Of a DNA stretch of 64,000 bases, positions 22,101 through 35,020 are shown in pieces. The notes below the pieces were generated by a model, which saw only the letters and a list, made by a program, of their open reading frames with translations, was not told the DNA's origin and did not search any database. Made by a program: the position numbers and the translations under genes. The stretch's first letter is position 1; every line of letters begins with the position of its first letter. The DNA comes from Lama guanicoe (Eukaryota). Where the stretch lies: NCBI GenBank assembly GCA_013239625.1, contig MU053629.1:2383567-2447566 (forward strand), in the 5' to 3' direction.

Positions 22101-25100
22101 GGGACCAGCTTTGATGGTGAATCCGGCCCCTTCTCCATATACCCTCCCACACTGCAGACAAGGTGGGTGGAAGGGGCAGCGACTCCTGCCCTTTCCTACT
22201 GAGGAACTGATTTGTTTCTCTTCTGGTTGAGGATGTGGGAACCAGGAGGGAGCAGGGCCTGGTGGGGATGGGAGTGGAGAGGAAGTTGCTGATGAGAGTG
22301 GGAGACTGGCTTGCCACTAAGCCCTTCCCCACTGGAAACATCCTCCCTGTCCCCTCCCCCATACAATCACAGGGAAGAGTCTAGGTGTTTCCAAGGATGG
22401 TCATGTGAGGTCAGGGGCATGCCTGGTGGGACATATGTGGTGTCTCCCTCTGAAGAGTGTACCCTGGATACTAATCTGTCTCCAAAAGTAAGGGGCTGGG
22501 AGGGTTCAGAGATCACCTAGTCTAAATCCCCCATCCTGCTTTTATAGAAAAGGAAACCCAGGCCCAAAGAGGTACCATGCTGTTTAGGGTCATGCGATGA
22601 CTTGGCAGCAGAATCCTGCCCTCTGCTCCCATCCTTCTTGCCCTGCCTTCCCACCTCTCCTCCCCGAGCTCTCATGACACTCTCCGGGAGATCTGGGGCT
22701 TCCATAAAAAATGCTCTAATTGATTCTTAACAGGAAGTGTGGGGTTTTTTGCTCTGAGCTGACAACCACAGCAGCTACACACACACACACACAGATAAGC
22801 ACATATGCCCCTCCCCACACACACTCATACCTCCCCAAGTTTGTACATAGCTACATGCACACACAGAGCACCTGCTTGGACTTTTCAGCATGTAGGCACA
22901 CAGATGAGACACACCTGTGTCAATGTGTCATGGAGAGTCAGTGAGGCTGAAGAAGGGAGCCTCAGAGAGGTTAACCAACTTGCGCACAAGAGCCCAGCAT
23001 GTAAATGGCAAAGTCTAGATTTGAACCTGGGTCTGTTTGACCAAGAGCCCAGGGTCCCGGTCCCACAGGCACACCTACCTGCTGATCCAGGCAGCAGCAC
23101 CTTACCACCCGCAAAGGCCTTTGGGTGCCAGGATGTCCTGGCAGGTGCTTAAGGAGGGGTGTGCCTCCATCAGTCCTGTGTTCTGGAGGCTCACTCTGAC
23201 TCCGGGATGAAGGATGGGAGTGAGTGGCTGCAAGGAGGAGAAGCTGAGGAAGGAAGTGTCCAGGCAGGTCATGGGGTGAGAACCAGGCCTGGGACAGTGG
23301 GATGGAGGGGAAGAGGAATGGGAGAAGAGAGACAGAGACAACCTGAGACTAGACAGGGAAAGGGAGGACTAGGCAGCCACCAGACAGAGGTTCTGAGGTC
23401 ACCAAGTGCCCACATCCACCCCAGCCCAGGCCACTAGGTTCAGGTTGGAAGGCCTCAGAGGAAGTCTCACCACCGCCCAGAATCCCGTCATCTCCAGATT
23501 CTGCCCACCTCACCTGCTTCCCTGCGGGGAAGCTGCAGGGACCCCGCCTGCAAGCAGGACAGGATTTTGTCCTTTCTCTACTAGCTAAGGGGCAATACTC
23601 AAAATCTCTCTGCAGAGCTGGAGGGACGACACTAACTGCCACCCCTGAGCACAGACACCGGCTCCACCAGCAGTGAATGAGGGACCCTGCCCCTGTAAAT
23701 GTCTGCTGGTGCCTCTGGGAAGTCGGGGGTGGGGGGCTCCTGTTGTCACTGCTCTGATGGCCATGATGGATCTGTGCCGTCACTGCTTCAACATCAGGTC
23801 TGGGCTGGCTTTACTGATTGGCCAAGACTTCAACATCAGGTCTGGGCTGGTCATGTGCCCAGCCTTAGTTGCAAGGGAGGCTGGGAAAGGGTGTGTCTGG
23901 CATACTTAGCCTCAGAAATGGAAACTGGGCTGTTCCTCATGAGAGGAGAACACCTTACACCTAGGAAGCGGTTTCCGATGCTGGGTGGCCAACACGAGTG
24001 ACAGATGTCCAATATGTTACCTTATGGGGATGTGGGTGAGAATCAAATGATTTATTCCAGGTAAAAGTATTTAGCAAAGCACCTGGTCTAAAGACTGGGC
24101 TCAGTAAATGTTAGCTCTCACTCTATAAACTCCATGGGGGCAGTAATTGAACCTCTTTTTTGCTCTCTACTGTATCCCTAGTGCCGAGCATCGTGCCTGG
24201 CATGTAGCAGGAGGTTGACAAATGTTCATTGCATGAATGTCTTGCTCCTCAAAGCTGTGCTCTGCCCAGCCTTTCTCTCCTCTCCTAGCCAGGGTATTTC
24301 CCGAGGAAGGGGCACATGCCAGAGCAGAACGAACACTGTAGCAGGAGTCAGGTGCCCACAACTCCCCTCCACCACCAGCTCACTGTGAGATAGGAAAGTC
24401 ACCCCCCTGTCCCCTGGTCTGGGTTTCCACACCTACAAAATGGGTACAGCCACCTCAGCTGCTCTGCCCCGGATCACTGACGTGAAGGGCGAATGAGAAA
24501 ATGTGAGAAGCTGATTGCAAAGCCGCAGAAAAGCCTTCTGCACCAAAGCTGGGGAGGAGGCTGCTGCTGAAGCCATTCACAGAGAAGTGTTAAGACCCCA
24601 CCCCAGAGGATCCGCTTCTGAAGAGGGGCCGTGGGGAACGAGTGTGGGGAAATGGCCTTCCTCTTCCCGCAGTGGAAAGGCCTGGTGCTCATGCATCTAT
24701 GAATTGAAGCTATTTTTGTGGAGCACAACTGTGATTATGACAGGGCCTCTTCCTGAAGGGGAAGGGTGGGGAGTAGACCTGAGTCATCAGTGGGGCAGTC
24801 AGGCTGCACAGCTGACACAAGGCTGCTGTGAAAATCAGTTCCGTCCCTTAAAAAAGACTCATGGCCTCTGCCTTCCTTAGGTAGAGGTGCCAAAGAGGAC
24901 AGTGGGGTGGACAGTGGTGGGGCTCCAGGAGGGACCAGGCTAGTCATTGGGCTCAGGGCCTGTCAATCATCGTTGGTCTTCCAATGAGTTGTGGGGATGG
25001 GCGGAAACCTGAGGACCCACTGAAAACTGCTGGAACAGACGGGTGGAAACGTGCCTGACACACCCTTCCCGCGCCCTGGGCCGGGCTTGAAGCTTCAAGT

Positions 25101-26921
25101 AGGGTTTATCGGCACGGCCTGTGTGTCCGTACGGTGTGTAGGGGCTTTACGTGTCCCCTTTCTTGAATTCTTCCAACATCCTCCGCCTTAGCTAGAGGTG
25201 ACTTGCCTCCATTTTATAGGCAAGGGCTCGGAGGCCTCGGGGAATGTGACTGACTCACTCCACAGCGCTCCTGACTGTGTGTCCCGGGCTGAGAGAGCCA
25301 ACAGGAAGGGTGATTATTTTCTTTACTGGAAGGACAGGGAAAGGCTTCCCAGAGAAGGTGACATTTGAGCCGGGCCCTAAACAATAAGCAGGATTTAGCT
25401 CTGGGGAATGGGTGGAGGTGGTGGGGAGAGGGGAGAAAGAAAGGCATGTGGGAGAAAGAAAGGAGGTGTGACATTGCATGGTGTTCGGTGGTGGGAGGAT
25501 TAGGGGAGGGCATCGAGTGCCTGGCTAAAGAGTTTGGGCTCTTTGGGGTTCCCGCAGAGCTGTGCAGGCCCTTGGCATCCTCCTCAAAGTGCAGTCATGC
25601 AAAGAGGGGGCGGGGAGCCCACAGCGAGAGGAAGGACAGGGGTGACTGTCAGGCCCGGAGGAAACCAGGTGGGTTTCCTGCCCTTAGAGCCTGAGCTCAG
25701 GCAGTGGCAGCCTGGGGCCTGCAGGGCTGCTGTGCCTCCCTCCCAGCCTTAGGGCCTGGGCAGCCCCCTCCCCATCCCAGTTCCCCACCCCACGCCCTGC
25801 CCCCATTCCCCAGGGCTCCTTTCCTCTGCTCTTCTCTGAGCGCCTCCTAGCCTCCTACTACGTGCCAGCACCTCTGTACTTAGAAGTCCCTTTAGTCCTC
25901 ACAGTCACCTGCAAAGCAAGTATCACCCCCCATTTCATGGAGGAAGAAACAGGTTTAGAGAGGTCAGAGGACTTGCCGGTCACACAGTTCCTCTGGGTGA
26001 CCTCATGGGGCCTCCACCATCATCCTTCAACAAAAGGGTCCTGTCTGAGCCCTGCTTTCAGTCAAGGGAACAACAGCCATCTTTCTTCATTGTAAAGGGA
26101 ACCCTGAGTCCAAACCCAACTGTAACTCATCTGCCTCCCGGGCAGTACCCTCAGCGCAGACTCAGATGTTAAATCTGGAGAGCCCCTTAGAGATCATTTT
26201 GTCCACTCTGCCTATTACAGATGGGGAAACCGAGGCCCAAAAGAAAGAGACTTTCTTGGGTCCCACAAATGGCCCTAGAGGTGATTGGCCAGACTCTTTT
26301 GATCCAGAGTCTCCTACTGGGGCTCTAGCCGAGCTGAAAAGTTGAGCGTTGAGGGACAAGTGAGCTAGAGTACAAGGCCTAGGGGTGGTGGTGGCTTGTG
26401 GGAGATGCCACAGCCCCAGGGGATGGCTTGGGGCTTCTGGGAGATCAGAGCCAAAATGCACTCAGCACCTTCATTCCACTTGGAGCACTTCAGACAGATG
26501 CCCCCTCTCAGGATACTTTACTGCCATCTGCCTGAAAAATGTATTAATAACTATGCAAATTTTGGTGACATCGAGATGACTGTGTCCCCTAGAGTTGTGC
26601 AGTGTGCAATTTGTACAACTGTGAGTGGCCACCCAGCCCTGAAAATGAAGTGAGGTCTCTGGCAACTTTCCCCTCTACTTTCTCCCCTCTCTTCTTTTCC
26701 TTAACCCTTCCCACAGAGCTAGGGACCAGGGGGCCATGTCCCACCAGGGTGGGAGAGGGAAGGAAGGACAGAGACAAGGGAGGAGGAAGGAGAGTGTGGA
26801 AGACAGCAGAGGGAAGGGATAGGGCTCATTTCTGCTCTTAGAAACCGAAACCAAAACTCCTACCAGGAGGCAATGTGAAAGGCGGGTCTGCAGCAGAATG
26901 CTAAGATTGCAAAGCTGGGTG

Positions 26922-27435
26922 TGTTACGGAAATGACAGGCCAGCCAAGAAACAAGCACCACTCGGAGGGTTGGAGTACTCAGATTTATTACGCCAGCGGG
27001 CTCAGAGGGGCTTCTGCTCCGAAGCTCTGAGCACCTCCAAGACGTGCACATGAGGTTTTATAGGGTTAATGACAAGTATGGGGCTATTAGCCAATAAGGC
27101 TCAAACAACAAAAAGCAAGGAATCAGTACACTGGAGCTTATCAATTCGGAACAGATCACGTTACTGACACTTGTTGAGCTTGGATTTACGAGTTAGCTTG
27201 TTAGCCCAGTAAACTGACACTAAACTTTAGATTTATGAGTTAACCCAGTGGAACTTGTATCAGTAAACTGACACTTATCACACTTAGATTTGTGACTGAG
27301 CTTGTTAGCCCAATAGACTGACACTAAACTTCAGATTTATGAGTTAGCCCAGCAGAACTCAGATCAGTAATCCGACACTTGTTATACTTAGATTTGTGAG
27401 TTATCTTGTTAGCCCAGCTGGGCTTTTCCTTCACA
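26922..27435 (-). mobile_element. Solo ERV LTR (ERV1-class by 4-bp TSD), 514 bp, with tandem repeat array in U3
   Basis: TG...CA termini; TSD GGTG at 26918-26921 and 27436-27439; on minus strand TATAAAA (~27056-27062) then AATAAA (~26984-26989). Confidence 0.85.
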
Positions 27436-29649
27436 GGTGGAGGGAGCACAGCCTCCATGACCGACTGGTCAGACTTGCTAACTGCAGCCTTGATGTCACC
27501 TAGACCAGACCTTGACCTTCATGGTGACAAAAGTGTGCAAGACAAGACGCTCTCTTCTATGAGGATTCAGAATGCTCCCCCACCCTAGACATTACGGTAC
27601 CCAGCACCAGGGTTAGGAAGGAGGAGGGGACACTTTTCAAGCTATGGAGTCATCTAGTGACCCAGGAGTGGCTGACCCTTAGCCCTGGCTGGTGTCAGTG
27701 TCTGTGTGGACGTGCACACACCCATGAAGCTGGGGCAGCTGGCAGCTGTGTGCTGGAATAATGGGCACCCTACACGGATTTTGTGACCCATCTGGCTCTG
27801 AGACGTCATTTGAGTGCCGCACTATTGGATTCTTTGGGGCTCATGAGGCTTTATTCCAACAATGGGACAGAAGTTTGAAACTTGGACTGTCTTTAAAAGT
27901 TCAGATTGCATGGTCACCATTTCTTGTAAGTTTGATGCATTTGATAAGCCAGTCACGTCTCAGAAACCAAGGTGTCACTCCTCCATGGAGGTTCCTGGAT
28001 CCTTTACGTAGGGAAGGATGCTGTTCCCAGAGCACCAAGGCTCTTGGCTCCAGGATGGGCAGCCCCTTGTGGACTTGTGTTTAATTAATCTTTGTATCTC
28101 TCATTATGACAGGAGCCTCCCTTCCCCTTGGGAGTTCTCAGAGTGTAAGTTCCTAGCTTCTCCATTTGTGGGCTGACAGCTACTCTGTGCTGGCCTCATG
28201 CAGACAGAGAACAAGGGGACAAGTGCAGGGGGCGAGCACAGGGGAATCTGTCTTCACCATTTCCCAGCCCTGTGGCTTTGGACAAGTTCCAGTCCTCTCT
28301 GAGCCTCAGTTTCCTCATCTGGAGATGGGGTAACTTAAATAGCTGACTTTTCTTGAGCCCATACAGTGGGTCAGGCACTGTGTTAAGCATATCGCATGCA
28401 GTAACTTGCTCAGAAAGTCCTTCAAGGGCTGCCAACGTGCGGGGGACACCACGAGGTCCGCTGAGGAAATGGAGGCTTGGAGAAGTTAGGTGACTCCCCA
28501 AGGTCATGCAGCGGTGAGCAGCAGAGCTTGTACCCCAGAACCCACTCCTATAACCAGCCCTCTGTGCTAGATGGGCCCCTGTGGGCCTGTGAGGACAGGC
28601 CTGAGAGAGCTCAGCACGGCGCCAGCTCGGGGAAAGTGCTGGATGGTGGCGCTCTTACCAGTGGAGGCCAGGCCCGGCCGGCCCAGAAGGCACTCAGTCT
28701 GACTTCAGGAGCAGTGAGAGTCCAGCCAGGTGACCCCACAGGATGCTGTGGGAGGAGGCCCTCCAAGCCAGGATTTGGAAAGACCACGGCCAGCAGGAGG
28801 GGCAAAGGCTCAGGGCCTTGAGGAAGGGGGTTGGGCCACCCCAACCCCCTTCCAGGATCTTTCCTCCCGCCTCAGGTGTCCCCACGGAGGGCTGGAGCCT
28901 GAGAGGAAGCCAGCTGAGCGAGCCATGGAAGAAGAAGCAGGTCACATTCAGTTCTGGCTGACCCGCAGAACCCAGGCTGAAGAGCATGAGTCAGGGAGCG
29001 CCCTAGAGAGCAGGGCATTGATGATGTAACACGGTCAACTCACTCACTGGGGCTGCTTCTGGGGATCCAGCTTAGCCGCCCTTCCCAGCACCCCAGGGGC
29101 TGAATCCACTGCGGACCCTGAACCAGGGACCAGCAGAGAGATGGCCCCAAGCAGAAGGGGCCGCGGCTCGCTCCAGGACACCTCCGGGCCGAGGCTGGCA
29201 GACCTCTGGGCCTGCCAGAGAAGAGATGGGTCTGCCGTGCACAACCCCAGGGGCTGGACACACACGCACACGTGCACCCTCGTTCTCAGAGGGACAGGAG
29301 ATGAGGGCCAGGCTGAGGGGGGAGGCAGAGAAGCTACAAGAAGCCTAGTAGCCCTGCTAAATCCAGCAGGCCCCAGTCCTTGAAGCTCCCTCGCCTCTCT
29401 TCTCTCACACCCCACGTCCAATCCCTTAGCAAACCCTGTTGTCTCATTCCTTCTCCATTGCCATCTGAGCCACCACTGTCTCTCCCCTAGGATACTGCGA
29501 TAGCTCCCTGTTCTCAACACAGCAACCAGAGGCATAGTGTTAAAGATCACATCGCTCCTCAGTTAGAAGCCCTCCAGTGGCCCCACTTCTTGGCACACAC
29601 ATCTTTGATACCCACTACCTACTGCTCCTCCTCACTCAGCTCCAGCCAC

Positions 29650-30057
29650 TCAGGAACAGGACAGGAATCCCCACCATCCATCCGAATGTAACCTTTTGAT
29701 CGTTTTGACCTCTGTCCAAATGTGACCTTTTGTTCATTATGACCTCATCCAATTTTCTGATCAAGACTAAATAAGGACGAAAAACCCCTCCTCCCCACCT
29801 GGGAAGGCGGAGCTGGGATGAAGTTCAGGAAAGATGACCCCAAGCCCCTTCCTGCCAATGAATATTCTGTGTATTCATTTTTACACCCATATAAGGAGCT
29901 TGCCAAGGACACTCGGGGCAGCCACTCACCTGGGTCTGCCGGCTCTTTCCTTGAGAGCGTACTGTCTATCCCTTACTAAATCCTTGCTTTGCTTTCTTAA
30001 CCTCTGTGTCTTGTTTCTGAATTCTTTCTGCTACAAGACCAGCATCTCTCTCCCACA
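29650..30057 (+). mobile_element. Probable solo ERV LTR inside an L2-like fragment
   Basis: CCAAT, TATAA, ACTAAA-type poly(A) signal and pyrimidine-rich U5 in LTR order; two ~33-bp U3 repeats with TGACCT motifs; no clean TSD, ends approximate. Confidence 0.6.
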
Positions 30058-31961
30058 TTTCCAGGCCTTGCGGCAGGCAGTTCCCTCTGCTCAGGATGCC
30101 GTTCCCTGGGGTATCCACACCACCTGATACTCAGGCTGCTCAGATGACACGGTATTTCTCAGCGTTCCAACAGCATACAGCACTCAGATTAGGATTATGC
30201 AATGACTAGCAGCAAAGGTATGGATGGGACATAAAGAAACTCCAAGGGAGAGCGCAGTGCCCAGGCCCACAAGCTTGGGGCGCCTTTGCTCTTCCCAGGC
30301 CTGAGGGGGAGGGGAAGATGTGACTGCTGGAGCCAGAAAGGAGAGCTTCGGGAGAGAGGGCCACCTGGCCAAGGCTGTGCCCTTGCAGGGCGGAGCCCAG
30401 GGAACACACCTCTTCCTCTCCTCCCTGCCTCCCCTGTGTAGGCTCCCCGCGCTGAGCCAGGCTGAAGGGGCAGATGGATGTTCCCCAGCAAGGTTGCCTC
30501 CAACCCCCAAGTCTTCTTACTCTGCCCCGTTTTCTAGGGCACTTATTTCCTATCATATTTCCATATTCACTCTGGTTTATTTTTATTGTCTGTAAGCTGT
30601 AGGAGGGCAGGAATTTCTTTTATTCTCTACTGTACACCAAGAACACTGACTGGCACATAGCAAGCATTGATAAATAATCCCTGAATAAATGAATGCCTTT
30701 CAGTCTCCCCGGGCACCTGGGGGAATGCCTTTGGGTCCTTTGGGCCCTGCCTGGGGAAGGAGCAGCTGAGGAATGCTGCTGTCTGGGGTCCGGATCAGAG
30801 AGAAGACGGGAGCCCAGCTGGGTGGGGAAGGCAAACCTGAAGGCCTGAGCTCAGAGCAGCCTCCTGTCCTGTATCTGTGGTTCCCAGAGCAGATCCCTGC
30901 CTCTCCCCAGGGCTGTGATGTAGAGACCATAGGATTGTCCTTGGCAAAGGCATTTCTGTGTTTGGTCTCCTGAACAAGGCGCTGCTCTGTGAAATCTCCT
31001 ACCTTGTGAATCAGCTCTTTGAGGGCATATCTGGCCCCTCTCCTGGGTCTCCAAGGAATGTTTCCTTCAAGGAGGCCTGAGTTCACTCTGCAGGGAGGTC
31101 TAAGAGTTGTAGGTCTCCGGTGGCCAGGTTCCCAGGGACAGGGCTGTGGGGAGCCTGTCTGACCCTAGGGCTGCCCTTGCTGGGCTCCTGGGCTCCCTCC
31201 CGATAGGTACCCGGAGTGCAGGGGCCTCCCTGAGATGACCCTGCCACCCCCTCTGCAAGCTTCAATGTCCTGCGGAAGAGAAGACTCAAAACCAGTTGAC
31301 TCCCAGCCCTGCCCTCCAGTTGTCAAGCTGTGCGGTCTGTCAACCGAAAGCTATTTCAATCCAAACACCGACAGGTTTGGGGAAGGAGCCTCGGAAGATG
31401 ATATTAATCTTTTGAAAAATAAATAAACATTTGAAACTGGCAGGAAAATTCTGAAGAAGGACAGAAACACTCCAATCCACACAAAACCCAGAAATCTGAA
31501 AGTAAAAGATTGATCATTTGAACATGCAAAACAATTGAAGAATCTGAATGGAGAAAATTATTTTAAAAAACAAGGTTAAAGGCTGGACTACACACTGGGA
31601 AAACTGTAACATGATGTTGGGTAAAGAGCTAATCTCCTTAATATATTCATTTCAGAAATCAATATAAAAAAGGCAACCAAAGTGAAAAATAGGCAGAGTA
31701 TATAAACAGACAATTCACAAGGAAAGAAAAAATTTTAAGGAACAGTAAATACATGAAAAGATGCTCACTTTCACTCATAATTAAAGGAATGCATAACAAA
31801 AGAACAATTAAATACCATTTTCAACTGCCAGGTTGGCACCAATTAAAATGTTTTACAATAATAGATAGTGTTGGTGAGGATCGGGGGAAAGTCAGTCTTG
31901 GGCATTGCGGGTGGAAATATAAACTGACCAGCATTTTGGAGGGCAAGTTGGAAATAGCTAT

Positions 31962-32274
31962 TGTGGTGAAGTAAAGATGGCCACAAATTCTTTGACACTT
32001 CTCCCATAGAGAGGTGGGCTCTTCGTCCCCATTGAACTTGGGCTGATCTGTGAGTTCTCCGACCAATAAAATACAGCAAAAGTGATACTACCGTAATTCC
32101 AAGTGTTTCCCCTTAACTTGCCCAGTGAGTTCCACTTCTTACCTCTTACCTGAACTGTGATTATCTGACATTACCTGCTGCGATGAAGCCCAAACCATGT
32201 GGGGAATATGACATGGTGGTTTTAAGCCCTGAGTCTTGGGGTAGTTTGTTATACAGCCGTAGGCATCTGGAACA
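31962..32274 (+). mobile_element. MaLR MLT1-type LTR inserted in an old L1 fragment (~31400-32490)
   Basis: tgtggt...aaagatggccacaaattctttgacact and ttttaagccctgagtcttggggtagtttgttatacagc...aaca termini. Confidence 0.7.
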
Positions 32275-32629
32275 GCACCCAGATTTAAATTTTCCCTTTG
32301 AGCCAGCAACTACACTTCTATGAATATGATCTACTGAGACATTTGAACAAGTGCACAGAAACACCTGACTGAAGAAATTCCCTGCAGCACTGTTTGTGAT
32401 AGCACAAGACTGAAAAAAATCTATCTGTCCATCATTAGGGAAGGGGCTAAATGAATTCTGATGTATCTAGTTAATGTTACATACTGTGCCTGCTGAAAGC
32501 TTGAGGGAAGAAAAAGTCTCACTCATGGTCCTGGGAGTCTCAGGTGACATAACAGAACAGTTAAGAGCATAGATTCTGGAACTATAGCTTCGACTCTGCC
32601 ATTTATGATCTGTGTGACTTTGAGGAAAA

Positions 32630-32748
32630 AAAATTTTTTTGAAGGGAAGGTAATTGGGTTTATTTATTTCTGGAGGAGGTACTAGGGATTGAACCCAGGA
32701 CCTTGTGAATACTAAGTATGGCTCTACCGTTTGAGCTACACCCTCCCC
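32630..32748 (-). mobile_element. tRNA-derived SINE (vic-1-like)
   Basis: ggaggtactagggattgaacccaggaccttgtg...gctctaccgtttgagctacaccc, same family as 7187-7321. Confidence 0.8.
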
Positions 32749-34539
32749 AGGGGAAATTATTTAATCTCTCTCTATACCACAGTGTCCCATCTGTAAAATG
32801 GAGATGGTAATCACAGTGCCGACTTCAGATATAAACGAACTGGTGGTGGTGAGATATAAATGAATTGAAATGACAAACCTGGTATGTACCTGCGCTATGT
32901 GCACTTTGAAGGTGCAGAGCTTGGAATTTAAATTGGGTTGGACTGGACTGTTAAAGCGATTGTGTAGCAGAGAATCTGCCAGATGGCTGTCCTGGGACAG
33001 GGAAGGGAGAGTCAGGAAATAAAGGCTGGAAGTCAGTGGTAGGGAAATGTTTTTAAAGACAAGGGCTCATCCTGTGCTTTCTGTTCTGCATCTTGTTATC
33101 TTTTGGAAATTCTTCCTGCCTCAGCACTCACAGACCCACTCAGTTCTTTTTAACAATTGCTCAGCATTGCACTGTATGTCTGCACCTCCATTTATTTCAC
33201 CATCCTCTATTGATGGACTCTTGGGTTGCTTCCAGTTCTTTGCTATAGTTACAGACAATACTGCAGCAGACATCCTGGTCCATTTATCTCTGCCCTCTCA
33301 CTGCTATTATTTCTGCAGATTCTTAGAAATGGAGCTGTTGCGCATAAAGGATGTGTACACTTAAAAACATTCTGATAACTCTTGTCAAATTGTTTCCTTA
33401 TCTGGTCCAATTTTCCCCTCCACAGTTTCCATACCTTTACTGTCTGTTTGCACATGTTTATTTTTTTTAGATGAACTTTAGGATCGTTTTGCCAAGTATT
33501 ATCAGGCCTTGTTTTTGAGTAAATACAGGGATGAATCAGCCTTGACGCACGTCTTAAAAAGTTCGCGGTCTGGCAGTGATTGGAGTGGGGGTAGCAGCGT
33601 CGTGGGGGATGATCACTGCAAACAGTTATCCCCATGAAGGCCAGGGCTGGCACCAAAGGCTGGACCGTGGGCTCTGGGAACCCCCAGGGAAAAGCAGCAT
33701 TTTTGAGTCTAAGGCAATTAGGGAAGGCTCCACAGAGGAGGTGTCTCACCTAGCCTTTGCACTGGTTTCAGAGCACTTTTAGAACACTGACTCACTGAGT
33801 TCTCACAACAGCCCTTACATTAAGTAGCAGTAGAATCTCCACCTTTCAGATGAGGAAACTGAGGCTTGGAGAGTGAAGGTCTTGCCAGCTCCATCCTCCC
33901 AGCTCTTAACTGCCTTTTCCCTTTCTCTTTGCTGTGCTTCCCCCATCATCTGTCCCTCCAGACTCCTGCCCCCTATGCTGTGCCACGACGGCTGGGCTGA
34001 CAGAGCCCTGGGCTGCGGGCACTGCCTGTGGACTCTGCCTATGGCTGCATGGCCTTCTTTCAGAGACGCGGGACCCAGACCCCACTGTTCAGGTGAACTG
34101 GGTTTTCACAGCAGTCTCGCCCCTGTCCCTGCTCTGGGGCCCAGATCACACGAAGCTGCCTCACTTCTCAACCCAGCAATGCTAGGTCATCATATCCCTT
34201 CTCCAGGTAAACATCTCTTTCAGAAATTAGGCCTTTAGAAGTTCTTTGGGGTTTAGCATTTGCTCTGTCCTGCATTTTTTAAAATGCACATTACTCTAAC
34301 AGGAACTTAGTCATTCCCAAACGCTCTGTCTGAAAAAAGTTATCGTCTTTTCCCTGAGTTTTAGAAAGCTTGGGGCTCTTGGGGAGGTCCCTGGTTAAGT
34401 GGGAAGTCAAGGGGAGTGGGAATTAAATTGGCAGTTAACTCTACATTTACTAACATCCCCACCGTAACTCTTCTTCTTCATCTCGCCCTCACCCAAGTCC
34501 TTAGCCTGCCGTGCAAGGACCTTCACCAGCAAAAAGCAC

Positions 34540-35020
34540 CCCCTTCTCCGCGCGGAGCCTCCTCCTTCACTGGAGAAACTAGCTAACCTCAGGTCAGACT
34601 ATAGCCTGAATCGCCCCACTCTGGCCTCAGTTACTGTCGTGCCAGTGATGGGACAGATTGTGTGCGCGGACACTTGAGGGAATTACGGTAAGCCCGGCGG
34701 CTCTTCGCCGGCTCTGGCTCCCCCGCGTGTCGACAACAGGAACTGCAGCCGAGCCAAACCGGCTCCGCCCACTACTGGCGGATTTCCGGGAAGAGAAGCC
34801 GCTTCGGGAAGAGAAGCCGCTTCGGGAAGCGGGACGCCCACGCGCTTCATAACTCCCTGGTCTGGCTCCTCCGCGCGATGTTTTGAGGCTTTCTACCAAA
34901 TCGCTTTCCTTCCTGGACACTGAGTCGCCCCCTAGAGTTGAGGTGGCCCAGCGGACGCTGACCCGAGCGACGTCCTCAGGCCTCATTTGCTGCCGAGGCC
35001 CCGCGGGTCGCAAGGCTGGG
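34540..35020. promoter_or_regulatory. Orphan CpG island / promoter-like element
   Basis: Sharp local CpG enrichment, GC box CCGCCC 34765-34770, TTCCGGGAA 34784-34792, 18-bp tandem repeat 34787-34829. Confidence 0.7.

Noticed and set aside
27163..27420. CRISPR-like regularly spaced repeats
   Set aside because: Mammalian context; the 'spacers' are themselves repeated, and the array lies inside an LTR with TSD.
27797..27964. 10-bp inverted repeat tctgagacgt/acgtctcaga as MITE ends
   Set aside because: Short, no TSD, interior not recognised; compatible with chance.
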